From an uncultured Verrucomicrobiae bacterium (GTDB lineage Bacteria; Verrucomicrobiota; Verrucomicrobiia; Opitutales; JABDGR01), in the NCBI GenBank assembly GCA_963765205.1, contig CAVXVB010000009.1, positions 1,120,001-1,184,000 on the forward strand: a DNA stretch of 64,000 nucleotides, given 5' to 3'. Below are positions 62,755-64,000 of the stretch, one piece after another. The notes under the pieces are model-generated. The model worked only from the letters and a program-made list of their open reading frames with translations. It made no database searches and was not told where the DNA came from. The position numbers and the translations under genes were made by a program. Numbering within the stretch: the first letter of the stretch is position 1; each line of letters begins with the position of its first letter.

Positions 62755-64000
62755 TTAGCGGTTCGATATTGCATCGCTTTTCTGCACCGCTTCCGTAACC
62801 AATTCCGTGTGGGCGGCGATGGTATGGGAAACACGGTTGCCCGTCAGCGGGTCGTAGATGCGGGTGGAGGTTTCCGGAGCGTAGATATAGAACATATTGA
62901 GTTCGCCCGGTTTGAGCTGGGCCTTCAACTCCGCAATCGTGCCCACGGGTTTTTTATTCACTTCCATGATGACCGTGCCGGAACGGAACAGGTTGTAGTA
63001 GGGGGATAATTTAGGATCGACTTGTTCAACGACCAGCCCATTGACATATGAGGGCATGGCATCGTCGCGCAGGTCGGGAGTCAGCGGCAGGAGCGACACG
63101 CCGGTCAGCAATTCACCATTGTTGCGCGCGGGGGCCGCCGGCGGGGATGGAACAACCGGAGGCGTCGCGGGGGCGGGGTTCGTTTTGGCCGGGTAGAGTT
63201 TGTCATAGTCACCCAAAACCACATTGAGGACTTTCGGTTTGCCATCGCGCAAGACCGTCAGGTTGATGGCGGTGCCGGGATCGTCCATCGCGACGAGGTA
63301 GCTCAGCTTCTCCGGGGTATCCACCTCGTTGTCGTTGACTTTGACGACAGCATCATAGCGCTGAAGGCCCGCCTTCGCCGCGGGGGAGCCTTCTGTTGTC
63401 TCAGTCACAATGGCGCCATGGGTATTGGGTATGTCCATGATTTGGGCCAGATTGTGATCCACCTCCTGGGATACCACCCCAAGCACACCGTGGTTGACCT
63501 TGCCGTCTTTGATCAGGTCGTCCGCCACATGGCGGGCGAGGTTGGAGGGAACCGCAAAACCGATGCCGATGCTGCCCCCATCATTCGAAGAGGAAAGGAT
63601 TTCCGAATTGAGGCCGATGAGGCGGCCCTGCACGTCCACCAACGGGCCACCGGAGTTGCCTTCGTTGATGGAGGCATCGGTCTGGATGAAGCTCTCAATG
63701 TGAACCTTTGAGTCGCTGGGGTCGTCTGAAGAACTGACCTGGCTGCGACCGATGGCGGAGATGATGCCATGGGTCACGGTGAGGCCAACGTCCATCGGGT
63801 TGCCAATGGCAAAGACAATGTCACCGACGCGTGACTTGTCACTGTCCGCCATTTTGATAGTCGGCAGGTTCTGGGCGTTGATTTTGAGGAGGGCGAGGTC
63901 GGTCGCTTCGTCACTGCCAATGATTTGGGCGGGATATTCGCGACCATCCGGCATTTTAATCAGGACTGCATCCACCTTGACGGTGACCGATCGGCCGCCA
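62755..64000 (-). CDS. HtrA/DegP family serine protease with PDZ domains (N-terminus outside the window)
   Basis: TDLALLK, IQTDASINEGNSGG and GIGFAVP; two PDZ-like regions. Confidence 0.95.
   Translation of the reverse strand, partial: GGRSVTVKVDAVLIKMPDGREYPAQIIGSDEATDLALLKINAQNLPTIKMADSDKSRVGDIVFAIGNPMDVGLTVTHGIISAIGRSQVSSSDDPSDSKVHIESFIQTDASINEGNSGGPLVDVQGRLIGLNSEILSSSNDGGSIGIGFAVPSNLARHVADDLIKDGKVNHGVLGVVSQEVDHNLAQIMDIPNTHGAIVTETTEGSPAAKAGLQRYDAVVKVNDNEVDTPEKLSYLVAMDDPGTAINLTVLRDGKPKVLNVVLGDYDKLYPAKTNPAPATPPVVPSPPAAPARNNGELLTGVSLLPLTPDLRDDAMPSYVNGLVVEQVDPKLSPYYNLFRSGTVIMEVNKKPVGTIAELKAQLKPGELNMFYIYAPETSTRIYDPLTGNRVSHTIAAHTELVTEAVQKSDAISNR

Overview
High-GC bacterial chromosomal window. 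Gene content (PEP-CTERM protein, H-X9-DG prepilin-like protein, GYF_2/DUF5362 and DUF5069 proteins, abundant short intergenic repeats) suggests a PVC-superphylum organism, probably Verrucomicrobia (inference). It holds about 62 CDS, mostly housekeeping: leuB, leuC, leuD, accA, argS, alaS, ispH, ribD, rph, sucCD, cobA/hemD, trpF, two P-II genes, a PilB/GspE ATPase, a FabF/ACP pair, uxaE, a GH28 enzyme and HtrA. These are interleaved with AT-rich orphan genes, one complete IS5-family element, a MITE, REP-like palindromes and inverted 7/8-mer arrays. I saw no rRNA, tRNA or CRISPR. Four things stand out. (1) alaS carries an in-frame REP-associated tyrosine transposase (RAYT/Y1) domain with intact HUH and Tyr motifs, bracketed by perfect 30-bp inverted REP-like repeats, plus AT-rich patches. 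(2) An aquaporin lacking the selectivity-filter Arg sits between two P-II genes, where amtB would be expected. (3) A cobalamin riboswitch heads a PEP-CTERM / surface protein / pseudopilin operon with no btuB. (4) A four-helix-bundle gene is enclosed by inverted 8-mer arrays. At least six single-base frameshifts, including in ACP, ribD and sucD, most likely reflect assembly error, so single-residue observations need caution. All family assignments come from motif recognition by eye; no searches were run.
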